Below, piece by piece: positions 15,208-28,061 of a stretch of DNA of 54,056 bases. The position numbers and the translations under genes are program-made. Under the pieces are notes generated by a model that was given only the letters and a program-made list of their open reading frames with translations, searched no databases and was not told the DNA's origin. Within the stretch, counting starts at the first letter, position 1. Each line of letters starts with the position of its first letter. Location of the stretch: the NCBI RefSeq assembly GCF_000002075.1, contig NW_004797687.1, forward strand, positions 379,490 through 433,545, read 5' to 3'. This stretch comes from Aplysia californica. Its lineage: Eukaryota.

Positions 15208-15695
15208 ACCCCCATTCGTCCAGATGGGTTGAATCTTCGATCCGAGTTGAAACCATTTCTTGATCATCTTAATGCTGCTCTATACTAGTACTAGTACGCG
15301 ATCTACCTTTCTTTATCTGCCCTGAAACCTTTCCTAGTCTTTTCCATTTCCTGATCTTACGTTAATTATACTTCACAGTTTACTACATGGCCAGTGACCG
15401 ACTTCCATAGCCATGGCTGCCCGTGAGGGCAAATTAAAAAAAAAATAGTCGACTGAAACCACGTTTAATGCGTCCAGCGCGCTCATGTCATGATGTGGTA
15501 CACATCACATCATGTATACAGTATAGATCTTGCTCTATGCCAGTTTTGCGAGCACCGTAAAAAACTTGCGCCCCCCCCCCCAAAAAAAAAAAAGTTTCTC
15601 GGGAAAGAAAAGAGACCGAGCCGAGAGTCGATGGAACCCCCGACAGTCGGTTGACGAAAGAGGAACCGTTCACAATTTCAATTAGATCTAGATCT

Positions 15696-15985
15696 AGTCG
15701 CTTTTGCACAAGTGGGCTGTCCCGACAAATGCTGTTTTGTGAAAGTCAAAGGCGAAGTTATTGCCTCTTGTTCAGGTTCTTTAAAAGACAAGGAGTTTTC
15801 TCTCTACAGACTCTACTATAACTATAACAAAACAAATACAGTGGAACAAACTTATCTGCTTTTAGTTTTTAAAGAGGTACATGTAGTGCAATACTCACCC
15901 ACTTTTGGTGTAAATTAGAACAGTATTTTTGGACACCCCCCGAAATCTGGGTTAGCCCGCTTGTCCTAAAAAAAAAAAGCAATCA
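15696..15985. mobile_element. MITE, inverted diverged relative of 20120-20378 (duplicate ~48025-48320)
   Basis: Ends tagtcgcttttgcacaagtgggctgtccc / gggttagcccgcttgtccta match the TIRs of the 20120 element. Confidence 0.65.
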
Positions 15986-17796
15986 AATGTAACAGCAGAG
16001 AGGGATCAGCGAAAGGGGGGGGGGGGGGGGGGGTTCCTTACAAAGTTGACCTCAAGCTGTAAAAGTTTGGAGGGTGGGGGAAAGTGAAGATGTATTTTAG
16101 TACATGATGTGTAAAATAAGACCGCATTTCCTTAGCCTTGTTGAATAATGTAATTTGACAGTTCAGGTACATTATAATGTATGTCTTTAATAAAATTAAG
16201 TTTTTATTTTTCTTATAAAAAACAAAGATCACTGTAGATGAAAAGACGGGGGGGGGGGGGGGGGGGGATTTTCGCTGACGTCATTTGTGATCGCTCTCTT
16301 ACGTCTCTTACTAGTCTTACGTGTACCCAATATATTTTTTAAATTTACCTAATTTATTTCTCTCCTACTCCCAGTTCCACACAATAGACCTTGCTTGGTG
16401 CATTTTTAACAATCTTTATGCCAAATTGGAAGCTTCTACTTTTCTAGTTCTAGTAAGATTTTTACGTGCTTTATTTCAGTTCAACACTTTTTCAAACACT
16501 TTAGATTAAAACGTCATTTTCATTTAGGCATTGGGACCCAAAAGAACAGGAAATAATAATTTTTTTCCGTACAAAAGAAATTTTAAAAGAATATTTTATC
16601 GAAATGGGATCGCTTACTCAGGTCTTCCCTTAAGTTTTTTCCTGGCAACTTCACTTTAATTAAATTTTTTTTTTTTAAAACGTTCTCTTTTTTAAAAAAA
16701 GTTTAGTTTTTTTTTTTTTTAATGGCTGAAACCTTAAACCAAAACGAAAAAAAAAGCTTTTCATCTAAATAGTCATTACATCGACATGCGACAAATGAGA
16801 AATACCGGTAGGCCGAAACTCGCAGTGTAAAGATTAAGAGGTGGACGATAATACATCATAATACATTATAGTGTAAAGCGCATAGAGCACGCTTTCGAGT
16901 GGGGATGCGCTATACAAAAATGCTGGGTTTTTTCGTTCTAAAAGTAAAAGTACATGTAGTAGTAGTAAATGAATCGGCAATCATTTGCTGGTCAGCCATT
17001 GGCTTTGACTTTGATTGCCTTTGGGGAGTGACCAAAAAGAAGAAGAAAAGAAAAACAAACAAAAAACCAACAGAAAATTGTTTACACACACACACATATA
17101 TATATAATGGATTGAACACACTTTACACACTCTGGTAAAAACTGTACAAGTACCTCATCATGTTTTGTCACAACGTGGTTAGCTCTACGTCATTAAAGAA
17201 ACTAGGTTGTCTTGGATATTTTACAGATTAATAATAGCTCATCTTGGCTATCATTTACTAGTCATTTATGGTTTTCATTGACCTTTGGAAGAGAATGAAG
17301 AGAAGAAATTAGATCTATGTTCATCCAGTTGAATGTATTGTTACAACTAACTACATGTAGCTATCTATCACTATCAGGAAATCGATAAATTGTCCCTCAG
17401 GACAAGTGACGACAAAAGTACACGAAGCGTGCTGACAAAATGAGTTACTTCTCAGATTCGAGGCCGATGGAAAAGTAGAGATACATCACGCATAGGTGAC
17501 GTTTTTACAATTTATAAGTTGTAGGAAACAATAAAAGGCATGTTATACTAAAAGAATCTATGGCATAAATAGAAGCTCTGCAAATTTGACCCTAATGTCG
17601 ATTTTTGGCCAATATCTCTCATAGCATCTGCGTTTGTCGCGGCCGCGATTTTGTCAATTTTTGGTCCGCGAATCGCGGCCGCTATTTTTTGCATTGAAAA
17701 AAACCCCCCACACGGCCGGGAAATAAAAAATCGAAACAAAACGGGGTTAAAAAAAACGGAAAAAAAGAGAAGAAACTGAACTTCTTTACTTACGAG

Positions 17797-18603
17797 AAGT
17801 CTGTTATAAAGACACGATTCTAAAACCCCGCTTTTTTCTCTTCTTTACCTTTGTAAATAAAATACTGCTATAGCGCAGTCAGACAAACATGCGAGTCGTT
17901 TATAGCGGAATATAACTGCTGCTGTGCACAGTGCATGGGCCAATTATACATAAAGTAAAACCTCGCCAGTTGAGAAAGTTGTTGGTGATCTAGCGAAACA
18001 AAGAATGGGAGAGCCCATGTGTGCCAACAATGAAGGCCAGAGCGGCTGAGTGGGTAGGATGTGGCATGCGCAAACAAGACGAAAGCATCGCGTGATAGGC
18101 CAGCGTAAGCCTAGTTTAGATTATCAAGGCCTACCATGCCTCTCACTTTTCCGATGCGGGGATGGAGAGGTCACAGTGCTGTGACTACTGTGAGTGATGG
18201 ATTGAGCGAATGTATGACGTGCGCAAGCAGACAGAGGGCACCACAGGGTGGGGTGGGGCGGGGGAAAACCACAAATTCTGTGGGGAAAACACAGTGGGCG
18301 AGTTAGCCCAGAGCCGAGGATACCGGAACTAAAGATTTATTTTGGTAGCCTCGCCCAGAGCCCTTTCTTTCTGATCGCCAACGCCGAGCTGTCAGTTCAC
18401 ATCGCTAGATTTAGCGCTCATGTTGAAACAAAATCATCATCAGGGGAGATAGCAAAAGGAAATAAACAGAACACCAAACTCATAGATTAGGCCTACTTTA
18501 CAGTTTCCCTTGAATTTATTACTAGATCCCTTATAGCGAGAATCCTGCTATAACGGACATTTTGCTCCGGTCCCCTCCCTCTCGTTATAACAGGATTCCA
18601 CTG
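17797..18603. mobile_element. pogo/Tigger-like MITE, same family as 11552, left end missing
   Basis: Colinear with 11592-12389; right TIR CTCGTTATAACAGGATTCCACTG|TA. Confidence 0.8.
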
Positions 18604-18742
18604 TATTAGCCTGTGACTGAATCTATTAACAACATAATTTCCAAAGGTTGGGGGTTAACAAAAATCGTGAATATTTTATATAATATAGAAATTTGGCCCT
18701 TGTTGCTAGATCAAAATTTAAATGTTCTTCTTCTAATTCTGG

Positions 18743-18920
18743 GTCCCCATGGTTTTATGCACCCCGCATAATTTAAATAGGATCGTTTTTTGCATAATTT
18801 CTGAATATTTTCCTTTATCATTCTTTGCTAAAATTAACACAATCGCATAATTTCACATTTTTGGGCTCAGTTTGCATAATTTCATAATTATTTTTTGTGT
18901 GTGCATAAAACCATGGGGAC
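18743..18920. mobile_element. 178-bp MITE with 20-bp perfect TIR (duplicate 51187-51364)
   Basis: GTCCCCATGGTTTTATGCAC ... GTGCATAAAACCATGGGGAC; internal gcataattt repeats. Confidence 0.85.
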
Positions 18921-19440
18921 AGATCTATGGATTGAATCAGTTGTACCTCTACATGACCTATTTAAGAGTAAGTAATGTATAGAGGTCTAGAAGAAGTTTA
19001 TTTTGTCGCAGTCATACACATGAATGTAGATCGGTAGGAGGGGAGAAGCTGGTTGGTGGTAAATTTGGATTTTCCAGTCAGTGGGTCAACGGTACATTTC
19101 TCAATTTCAGTGTCAAAGTCCATTGCCCGTTCACTATTTGTTTTTTTAGTAAAGTTTTACGGCGCTCGCATACAATACATAAAAGTCATATGAGCGCCAA
19201 GGGGTGGATGTCAACAGAGAAGTCCAAACGGGGAATCAGGCTTACTCTGCGCATATCATGATCTCTCTAGCCTCAACAGCACAGGTCTGCTTCGAATATC
19301 AAGGCACCTCGGAAAAAGCAGTTCACAAATGAGTGACGAACATACAGAAGAAGTAGAAAAAAATGACGATAGTAAGGATGAGGAAAGAAAACCATCCACT
19401 GTCCTCCCTTCAGCATTTCTACAGGGCATGGGTAGTGGCA

Positions 19441-19521
19441 GTAGTCGATACTCACTGTCCAATTATCGAGTACTCTATCGAGTACTCTATCGAGTACTCT
19501 ATCGAGTTCTCTATCGACTAC
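19441..19521. repeat. 12-bp tandem repeat (TATCGAGTACTC) inside a 10-bp inverted repeat
   Basis: GTAGTCGATA ... TATCGACTAC enclosing 4 units; 3 units in the duplicate ~51885-51953. Confidence 0.85.
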
Positions 19522-19591
19522 GGTATCGGTAATACAGCAACAAAGGTCAATTTTACCAGACAGTTCACTTTTCTCTAATTTTGAGCAACTT

Positions 19592-19595
<4 letters not shown>

Positions 19596-19648
<53 letters not shown>

Positions 19649-19818
19649 TCACTTAGAAACAATTGCCAGTGGTGCCATTTGAGAATTTGAAGAGGTTCGA
19701 ACCCTACCACTAGGGCCTACATGTACATAATATGTACCAAGCCAAGAGAAAAGAAATTGAAGGGCAAATCCCTTGACTTTTATGCGAGAAGGTTCGGTTT
19801 GACTAGCACTAACAGTAG

Positions 19819-19865
<47 letters not shown>

Positions 19866-19886
19866 ACACACAAACAAACAAACAAA
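19596..19886. repeat. Two (CA)n microsatellites
   Basis: Runs at ~19596-19644 and ~19821-19871. Confidence 0.95.
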
Positions 19887-20119
19887 CTTCTTAAAATACA
19901 AAAATGACATAAATGTACTATTATATTACATTAAATGAAATAGACACAATGCACATTATTTCAGTTCAAGAAACTGTTTTTAATCTCTACTAAACTAAAT
20001 GGTAACAAGCAAAATACATCAGAGTCAGAAGAAATCAACAATACACAATCAGTCATTACTGATTCGTTTGCTTCAAATATAAAAATTGAAAATACTGTAT
20101 ACCTAATACCTGCATGCAC

Positions 20120-20378
20120 AATTGGTCGCTTTTAAGGACAAGCGGGCTAACCCAGATTTCGGGGGGTTCCAGAAATTTTGACGTACACAAAAAGTTGGTA
20201 TTGCCCTACCTATAGGAGAAGTTTAGTTTCATTGGTGTGTATATATCTGTTTGGTTATAAGAGAAAACTCTGCTTGTCTTTTACAGAAACTGAACAAGGG
20301 GCAAAAACTTTACCTTTGTTGATTTTCTCAAAAAAACATTTTTCGGGATAGCCACATTGTGCTTAAAAGAGACCAATT
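20120..20378. mobile_element. MITE with ~33-bp imperfect TIRs (duplicate ~52554-52811)
   Basis: AATTGGTCGCTTTTAAGGACAAGCGGGCTAACCC / GGGATAGCCACATTGTGCTTAAAAGAGACCAATT. Confidence 0.8.
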
Positions 20379-20435
20379 CTCAATTGAAAAGCTTTTGTGA
20401 CTGATATAATAATAAATAAAAAATATATTTATATA

Positions 20436-20999
20436 CAGTGGAAACCATATATAACAGGCCCGGTAATAACAGGGATCCGGTAATAACAGGGGTTTTTAAA
20501 TCCCCGTTTTTTCCTACTCTTTGCCTCTATTACAAGTTATCGGCAAGAACAGGGCCTCATCGGAGCCAAATCGGTCATAGCAGGGACAAAAGNNNNNNNN
20601 NNNNNNNNNNNNNNNNNNNNNNNNNNNNNNNNNNNNNNNNNNNNNNNNNNNNNNNNNNNNNNNNNNNNNNNNNNNNNNNNNNNNNNNNNNNNNNNNNNNN
20701 NNNNNNNNNNNNNNNNNNNNNNNNNNNNNNNNNNNNNNNNNNNNNNNNNNNNNNNNNNNNNNNNAGCTACACGCAAGCGGGTTAATGTGTCATGCTGCAG
20801 ACTTCAAACAAGCTAAGACTAGCTACACGCAAGCGTAATGTGTCATGCGCAGGCCATGGGAAACTACCAATGAATAAATACAGCTGGATTAGTTCACAAA
20901 TGCTTACTTCCCTTGCCTTTCTGATTTAACAGGGATCTGATATAACATGACTTTTTCTCTGGTCCCAACATTCCTGTTATACATATCAGGTTTCCCCTG
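20436..20999. mobile_element. pogo/Tigger-like MITE, second family
   Basis: TA|CAGTGGAAACC..TATAACAGG and CCTGTTATA..GGTTTCCCCTG|TA; subterminal TAACAGG repeats. Confidence 0.8.
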
Positions 21000-21393
21000 T
21001 AGCCTATATATATGATACAAATTAGAGATAGATATATAATACATTTTATAAAGCAGAAAAATGAACAAGAATCAACAGAATACCTTCCCTTGGATTGTCT
21101 GTTGACTTATAATATGTATTATAATCCACTTCCTTCTTCGTCTCCACTTTCGTTGAAGATGGTAGTCCAAATATTTTTAAAATGTTAGTTGAAAAACTTG
21201 GTTCGTGAGATTTTTCGGTAAGTTATTCAAGTGGAGATGTTAAAAAAGTGGGCTTCCCACCCTGCCACTGCCAGTAAAGACCAACCCAAGCTGAGAGGGA
21301 CACAACATCCCAGCGGATGATTCTCCCCTCAAGAATAGAACTTGGGTCTCTTTCATGCAACAAGAAAACGCCCCACAGCTACACAACAGATCT

Positions 21394-21568
21394 GTCCCCG
21401 TCGTTTTATGCTAGAAAAATTCTGAAATTATGCAAACTGAGCCCAAAAATGTGAAATTATGCGATTCTGTTAATTTTAACAAAGAATGATAAAGCAAAAT
21501 AATCAGAAATTATGCAAAAAATGATCAAATTTTGCTAAATTAAGCGGGGCGCATAAAACCACGGGGAC
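21394..21568. mobile_element. MITE, inverted relative of 18743-18920 (duplicate 53875-54049)
   Basis: GTCCCCGTCGTTTTATGC ... GCATAAAACCACGGGGAC; interior is the reverse complement of the 18743 element. Confidence 0.8.
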
Positions 21569-21984
21569 AAACAGTCTTGCCACCCCATGACGAGACAATG
21601 TAATGAAGCAATGACACTCCAAAATCAAGCTTTTGTAATAGTCACAGAATGGAAAGTTTGCACCAACACAAAACTACATCAGCCCATCCAGCTTCCCACC
21701 CTCTCGCCTGCACACAGATGTTTGTTTGTTTGAGTAAAGAGTGGCACATTGACACAATAATGGTCATTTAGCCAGAGCTGGGAAAAGGACTGGCAGAAAA
21801 AAAAAACCCAGGGAAAGTACAGAAAAATAAAGGACCTACCAGTGGCACCCTCCAACCACCCGCCGCACACATTTAAAGGTAGGGCCTATACTATTCTTAT
21901 TATAGTTAGAATTAAACTAGATGAAAGTGTTTTTACATCCCTTTAAAGAATAGATCAAGTAGGAAGCCCAATAGCACTTAGAGT

Positions 21985-22100
21985 AGAGGGATACAGCATC
22001 CCAGCAGAAAGACCATGATAATCGATAAAAATTCTCCCCACCGGTAATGGAACTCGCGTCTCCAGAGTGTGACGGTGAAACAACTAGCGGCTACACCAGT
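21985..22100 (-). mobile_element. tRNA(Asp)-like SINE head (relative at ~21295-21386; duplicate ~25946-26062)
   Basis: Reverse complement tggtgtagccgctag...ccGTCacactctggagacgcgagttccattaccggtggggag follows the tRNA-Asp layout with decayed boxes. Confidence 0.5.
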
Positions 22101-23430
22101 GAAAGCTACAATGACACAGAAAAAAGTGTGTAATACATGTATCTACCCAATCTACTTTGGCCTTTTCTGGGTCATGTAGCTCTGCAATTAACCATGTTGG
22201 ATGTAAATTGCTTCATGATTTGATTTGATTTTTTTATATTATGTCTAAAAAAAAATTAATTTCATTTTCTTATTTTTAAAACTTTTTCTTTGCTTCCTAG
22301 TACATTTGTTATAGGATTCTGTCAATGATTAAACTACTGTTGCTAAAGCTGAGCATGCCTCTCCCAATGCCTGCTAAAAAGAACTTTTTTTTACTGTACA
22401 GTAGGCCTACATTATAAAAATAAAAACATAATGAGAGATCAGATGCGAGGATATATTATAATCCTGCGATAACCCAAATCCTATTATTAGCATGACTGTT
22501 ATAATAAGTGCGGCCCACTCTAGTAGGCCCCAACAAATTCCATTGGCAGTGTGCACTGGGTACTAGGTGCAGAGTGTCGGACCATGAGGTATAAAAAGAC
22601 TTCTCAGGCACTTGAAAACGTTAGACTTAGACCTCAAAAGAAAACAGTTAAAAAGAAAAAAAACTGAGTCAAAAATTCAAATCTGTGAAATGTTAATCAG
22701 CTGTGAATCCAACTCACTAAAATTCAGGTAGTAGCAAAATTTTGACTAAATCAATGTCCGGCTAATTGGGGCTCACTCGTAACTTCGTAATAACAGCAGG
22801 CATAATTATAAATCTCAGAGTCCAATTTCGTATAATGTAGTAAAAATGTTCTTTCTACACCAGGCATTCAAACAGATGGACTAGAACAGTAGTTCTGTTA
22901 TAATGAATATAAATATTGATAAATCCTCGAGCAAATGCACTGGAAAGCATGGAAAATCAAATGAAGAAAAATAACATCCAGCATAACATGACAAATTGCA
23001 CCAACATAACCCACAGAGGACCAAATCTGATCATGTTAATATAAAAAAAAGATATCTTATAATATGTTATTTTTATGATGTGTCATACCATGAGTGCTGC
23101 CGGGAAGGGAGGGGGAAAAGCTGGATGCATTTTAATAGGGTTGATGCAAATTTCCAGTCAGTGACTTAGCAAGAATAAGTTGGTGTGGGGCCACATCATG
23201 GGGGGGGGGGGCGAGACTTGTACCGGTACCGGGAATGGAAGATTGAATCAAAAGTAGTACGGGACGCTAGATATAATGCCACAGATCTTAAATACGTCTT
23301 CATTTTCTCAACAGTGAGAACTATATGGGATTTGATTACGAGAAGTTGTACAGCGCACAGAGCCTGCTGTAGAACATGGTAGCAATTAGCGCTAGATGAA
23401 CATAATATTTATATATGTAAAGAAAACAGA

Positions 23431-24105
23431 ATGCATGGTAATATCCAAAAAGCAGCAAATCCTAGTTGTAATCTCATTAGCACAGGTGAAGAGATCAAAC
23501 AAGTCGAACAGTTTAAATATCTAGGTATGATAACATCTGATGCCAAATGCTCCACAGAAATAAAATGGAGAATTACAATGGCTAAGGCTAGTTTCAATAA
23601 AATGAGCCCAATCCTGAAAAATAGAAACATGTCAATGACTACCAAAATGAAAGTTCTGAAATGCTATGTATGGTCAACCCTTCTACCTCTATAAGGCTGT
23701 TAATGCTGGACAATCACTTCAGACAGTGAAAATAAAATAGAAGCAACAGAAATGTGGTTTCTTAGGAGACTGCAAAGAGTATCGTAGAAGGAAGAGAAAT
23801 CAAATGAGGTAGTGCTTGATGAAGCCCACATAGGAACGCTCACCGTTAAAAATCATCAGGAAACGACAAATGCAGTTTTTAGGACACCTGAATAGACATA
23901 ACGATCTTGAACATCTAGCTCTCACTGGCAAGATTGAGGGCAAGCGAGGCAGGGGTAGGCCAAGAGCAACCTATTTGGGGAGCCTGAACAAGTGGGTGAC
24001 AGGGAAAGATCAGGGAAACGTAGCTTTTTTAAGAGCATCCGAGCAAAGGAATGACTGGAGAACCAAGATCGGGGATGTCTGTCGCAGATCTGGAACTGGA
24101 TGATA
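23431..24105 (+). mobile_element. RTE (BovB-like) LINE 3' fragment, decayed
   Basis: IKQVEQFKYLG...EIKWRITMAKASFNKM...KCYVWSTLL; GKIEGKRGRGRPR; (tga)n tail. Confidence 0.88.
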
Positions 24106-24889
24106 ATATTATACACGCATACATGTGAGTGTATATAATAATAATAATAGATAGCTTTTGTATAACACAAATCCCAGCTCAACAGCAAGCTCTATGCACT
24201 TTACAATCCATGCTATAAAATATATATAATATAATACATATATATATATATATATATAAATGTGCAATTATTATTTTCATAAGAATAAGACTACCACTGC
24301 AACTCAAATGACCACTGCAACTCAAATGATGTTGAGTGCAGTCAACCTCTACGAGACTAAGATACCAGAAAAAGAAATTAGTATAAAAATGAGGAGCAAA
24401 AATTATCATTGAAAAAAAAAAGGTAAAAATTCTTATGAATTAACTGTGGAATGTAGAACCTAAATGTAATAAAAATAAATTCAGTTCGTAATCATTATTT
24501 GATTACTTACAGTGAGTAAACTTGACCCTGTCTAAACAGGACTCAGATACAACAGAGACATCACGACGATCCAAGCAGTCTTGTTATAGCCCAAGTCCAC
24601 TGTGTCTCCCTTGATATAGCCTGAAATTTGTAATAACAAAAAGATTTCCGCATTCTATCTATTTCACTCTACTCTTGTGGCTGACTGTCTAGATACGTTT
24701 CTTCCAATATGTGAGAAAGTCTAAAAAATTTCCAAAAATATCATTCACAAAAGTTTTATATTTATGGGTACCATATATATGATTATCGACCATGAGACAT
24801 TCACTTAAAAAAGAAAACTATTTAGACTTGAGACTTTTCAACAAAATTGAAAACCAACAACAAAAAATGTACACTGGCATGCATATTTA

Positions 24890-25190
24890 TAAAAGGGTCT
24901 TCTCACGTGAAAGTTCTTTTGTGCTTAGGCTGCTGTTTCTTAGGGAAAATGTTGCACCACAAACTTCACATTACACAGTCTTTTTCATCACTGTGTTCTT
25001 TTGCGAGTCTGTACAGCCGCACTGTATGAGAATGCTCAATAACTACAAACTTCACACATAAAAATAAGGCTATATTCTCTCCCACGGTAAAGGCTTTCCT
25101 CCACAGTGTGTTCTTCTGTATCTCTGATCATGGCCACTTTGTGTAAACATTACACCACAAACTTCCATTTAGTAAGAACTTTTCTCCTAT
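24890..25190 (-). pseudogene. Most distal decayed zinc-finger repeats (duplicate ~28825-29120)
   Basis: gttgcaccacaaacttcaca and aaggctttcctccacagtgtg motifs homologous to the finger and linker codons. Confidence 0.65.
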
Positions 25191-27386
25191 CACGTATATT
25201 TATATTATTATATTATTACATATATATAGAGAGAGATCTATATGTGTGGGGTTTTTCATGACCCTGTAAACTATCATCATCGATCATCATCCATGCCTTT
25301 CACCCCTGGCAGGGTATATATAGGCCACATACAAGCTCCTTCCATTTATCTCTGTCCTGGGCCATCCTTCCAAGCTTGTTCCAAGTGAGCTTCATCTCTC
25401 TAATGTCCCTTTCCATGCCTCTCCTCCATGTTTCCCCTGGCCTACCCCTGCCTCATGCTCCCTGTGGGTTCCACTCAATGACTGTCTTGTGATGATTCCT
25501 CTGGGCTTTCTTAAGGTGTGTTTTATCCATCATCACTTTCTTTGTCCTATTTCAACTTAGATCTTTTGTCCTGTCCTTTCCCACGGCTCTTTATTTCTTA
25601 TTCTATCCTGTCACATAATTTTTAGAATTATAGAATACTCCTCATACATGATCNNNNNNNNNNNNNNNNNNNNNNNNNNNNNNNNNNNNNNNNNNNNNNN
25701 NNNNNNNNNNNNNNNNNNNNNNNNNNNNNNNNNNNNNNNNNNNNNNNNNNNNNGGCAGAAAAAAACCCCAGGGAAAGTACAGAAAAATAAAGGACCTACC
25801 AGTGGCACCCTCCAACCACCCGCCGCACACATTTAAAGGTAGGGCCTATACTATTCTTATTATAGTTAGAATTAAACTAGATGAAAGTGTTTTTACATCC
25901 CTTTAAAAGAATAGATCAAGTAGGAAGCCCAATAGCACTTAGAGTAGAGGGATACAGCATCCCAGCAGAAAGACCATGATAATCGATAAAAATTCTCCCC
26001 ATCGGAAATGGAACTCGCGTGTCCAGAGTGTGACGGTGAAACAACTAGCGGCTACACCAGTGAAAGCTACAATGACACAGAAAAAAGTGTGTAATACATG
26101 TATCTACCCAATCTACTTTGGCCTTTTCTGGGTCATGTAGCTCTGCAATTAACCATGTTGGATGTAAATTGCTTCATGATTTGATTTGATTTTTTTATAT
26201 TATATCTAAAAAAAAATTAATTTCATTTTCTTATTTTTAAAACTTTTTCTTTGCTTCCTAGTACATTTGTTATAGGATTCTGTCAATGATTAAACTACTG
26301 TTGCTAAAGCTGAGCATGCCTCTCCCAATGCCTGCTAAAAAGAACTTTTTTTACTGTACAGTAGGCCTACATTATAAAAATAAAAACATAATGAGAGATC
26401 AGATGCGAGGATATATTATAATCCTGCGATAACCCAAATCCTATTATTAGCATGACTGTTATAATAAGTGCGGCCCACTCTAGTGGCCCCAACAAATTCC
26501 ATTGGCAGTGTGCACTGGGTACTAGGTGCAGAGTGTCGGACCATGAGGTATAAAGACTTCTCAGGCACTTGAAAACGTTAGACTTAGACCTCAAAAGAAA
26601 ACAGTTAAAAAGAAAAAAAACTGAGTCAAAAATACAAATCTGTGAAATGTTAATCAGCTGTGAATCCAACTCACTAAAATTCAGGTAGTAGCAAAATTTT
26701 GACTAAATCAATGTCCGGCTAATTGGGGCTCACTCGTAACTTCGTAATAACAGCAGGCATAATTATAAATCTCAGAGTCCAATTTCGTATAATGTAGTAA
26801 AAATGTTCTTTCTACACCAGGCATTCAAACAGATGGACTAGAACAGTAGTTCTGTTATAATGAATATAAATATTGATAAATCCTCGAGCAAATGCACTGG
26901 AAAGCATGGAAAATCAAATGAAGAAAAATAACATCCAGCATAACATGACAAATTGCACCAACATAACCCACAGAGGACCAAATCTGATCATGTTAATATA
27001 AAAAAAAGATATCTTATAATATGTTATTTTTATGATGTGTCATACCATGAGTGCTGCTGGGAAGGGAGGGGGAAAAGCTGGATGCATTTTAATAGGGTTG
27101 ATGCAAATTTCCAGTCAGTGACTTAGCAAGAATAAGTTGGTGTGGGGCCACATCATGGGGGGGGGGGCGAGACTTGTACCGGTACCGGGAATGGAAGATT
27201 GAATCAAAAGTAGTACGGGACGCTAGATATAATGCCACAGATCTTAAATACGTCTTCATTTTCTCAACAGTGAGAACTATATGGGATTTGATTACGAGAA
27301 GTTGTACAGCGCACAGAGCCTGCTGTAGAACATGGTAGCAATTAGCGCTAGATGAACATAATATTTATATATGTAAAGAAAACAGA

Positions 27387-28061
27387 ATGCATGGTAATAT
27401 CCAAAAAGCAGCAAATCCTAGTTGTAATCTCATTAGCACAGGTGAAGAGATCAAACAAGTCGAACAGTTTAAATATCTAGGTATGATAACATCTGAGGCC
27501 AAATGCTCCACAGAAATAAAATGGAGAATTACAATGGCTAAGGCTAGTTTCAATAAAATGAGCCCAATCCTGAAAAATAGAAACATGTCAATGACTACCA
27601 AAATGAAAGTTCTGAAATGCTATGTATGGTCAACCCTTCTACCTCTATAAGGCTGTTAATGCTGGACAATCACTTCAGACAGTGAAAATAAAATAGAAGC
27701 AACAGAAATGTGGTTTCTTAGGAGACTGCAAAGAGTATCGTAGAAGGAAGAGAAATCAAATGAGGTAGTGCTTGATGAAGCCCACGTAGGAACGCTCACC
27801 GTTAAAAATCATCAGGAAACGACAAATGCAGTTTTTAGGACACCTGAATAGACATAACGATCTTGAACATCTAGCTCTCACTGGCAAGATTGAGGGCAAG
27901 CGAGGCAGGGGTAGGCCAAGAGCAACCTATTTGGGGAGCCTGAACAAGTGGGTGACAGGGAAAGATCAGGGAAACGTAGCTTTTTTAAGAGCATCCGAGC
28001 AAAGGAATGACTGGAGAACCAAGATCGGGGATGTCTGTCGCAGATCTGGAACTGGATGATA
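27387..28061 (+). mobile_element. RTE LINE 3' fragment (duplicate of 23431-24105)
   Basis: Same peptides. Confidence 0.88.

Noticed and set aside
14758-15267. Antisense and alternative-frame ORFs over H1 (Ala/Phe/Leu-rich; Pro/Arg-rich)
   Set aside because: By-products of GCC/AAG codon repetition
15388-15437. HDV-like ribozyme candidate (ggccagt...gacttccatagccatggct gcccgtgagggc aaa)
   Set aside because: P3 mismatched and no P2 partner; only a GNRA-capped 5-bp hairpin is supported, and it is disrupted by a SINE in the left arm
16300-16633. Kolobok-like element ending CCC|TTAA
   Set aside because: Could not find the matching other terminus
19464-19521. CRISPR-like array
   Set aside because: Contiguous 12-bp units without spacers; eukaryotic context with no cas genes
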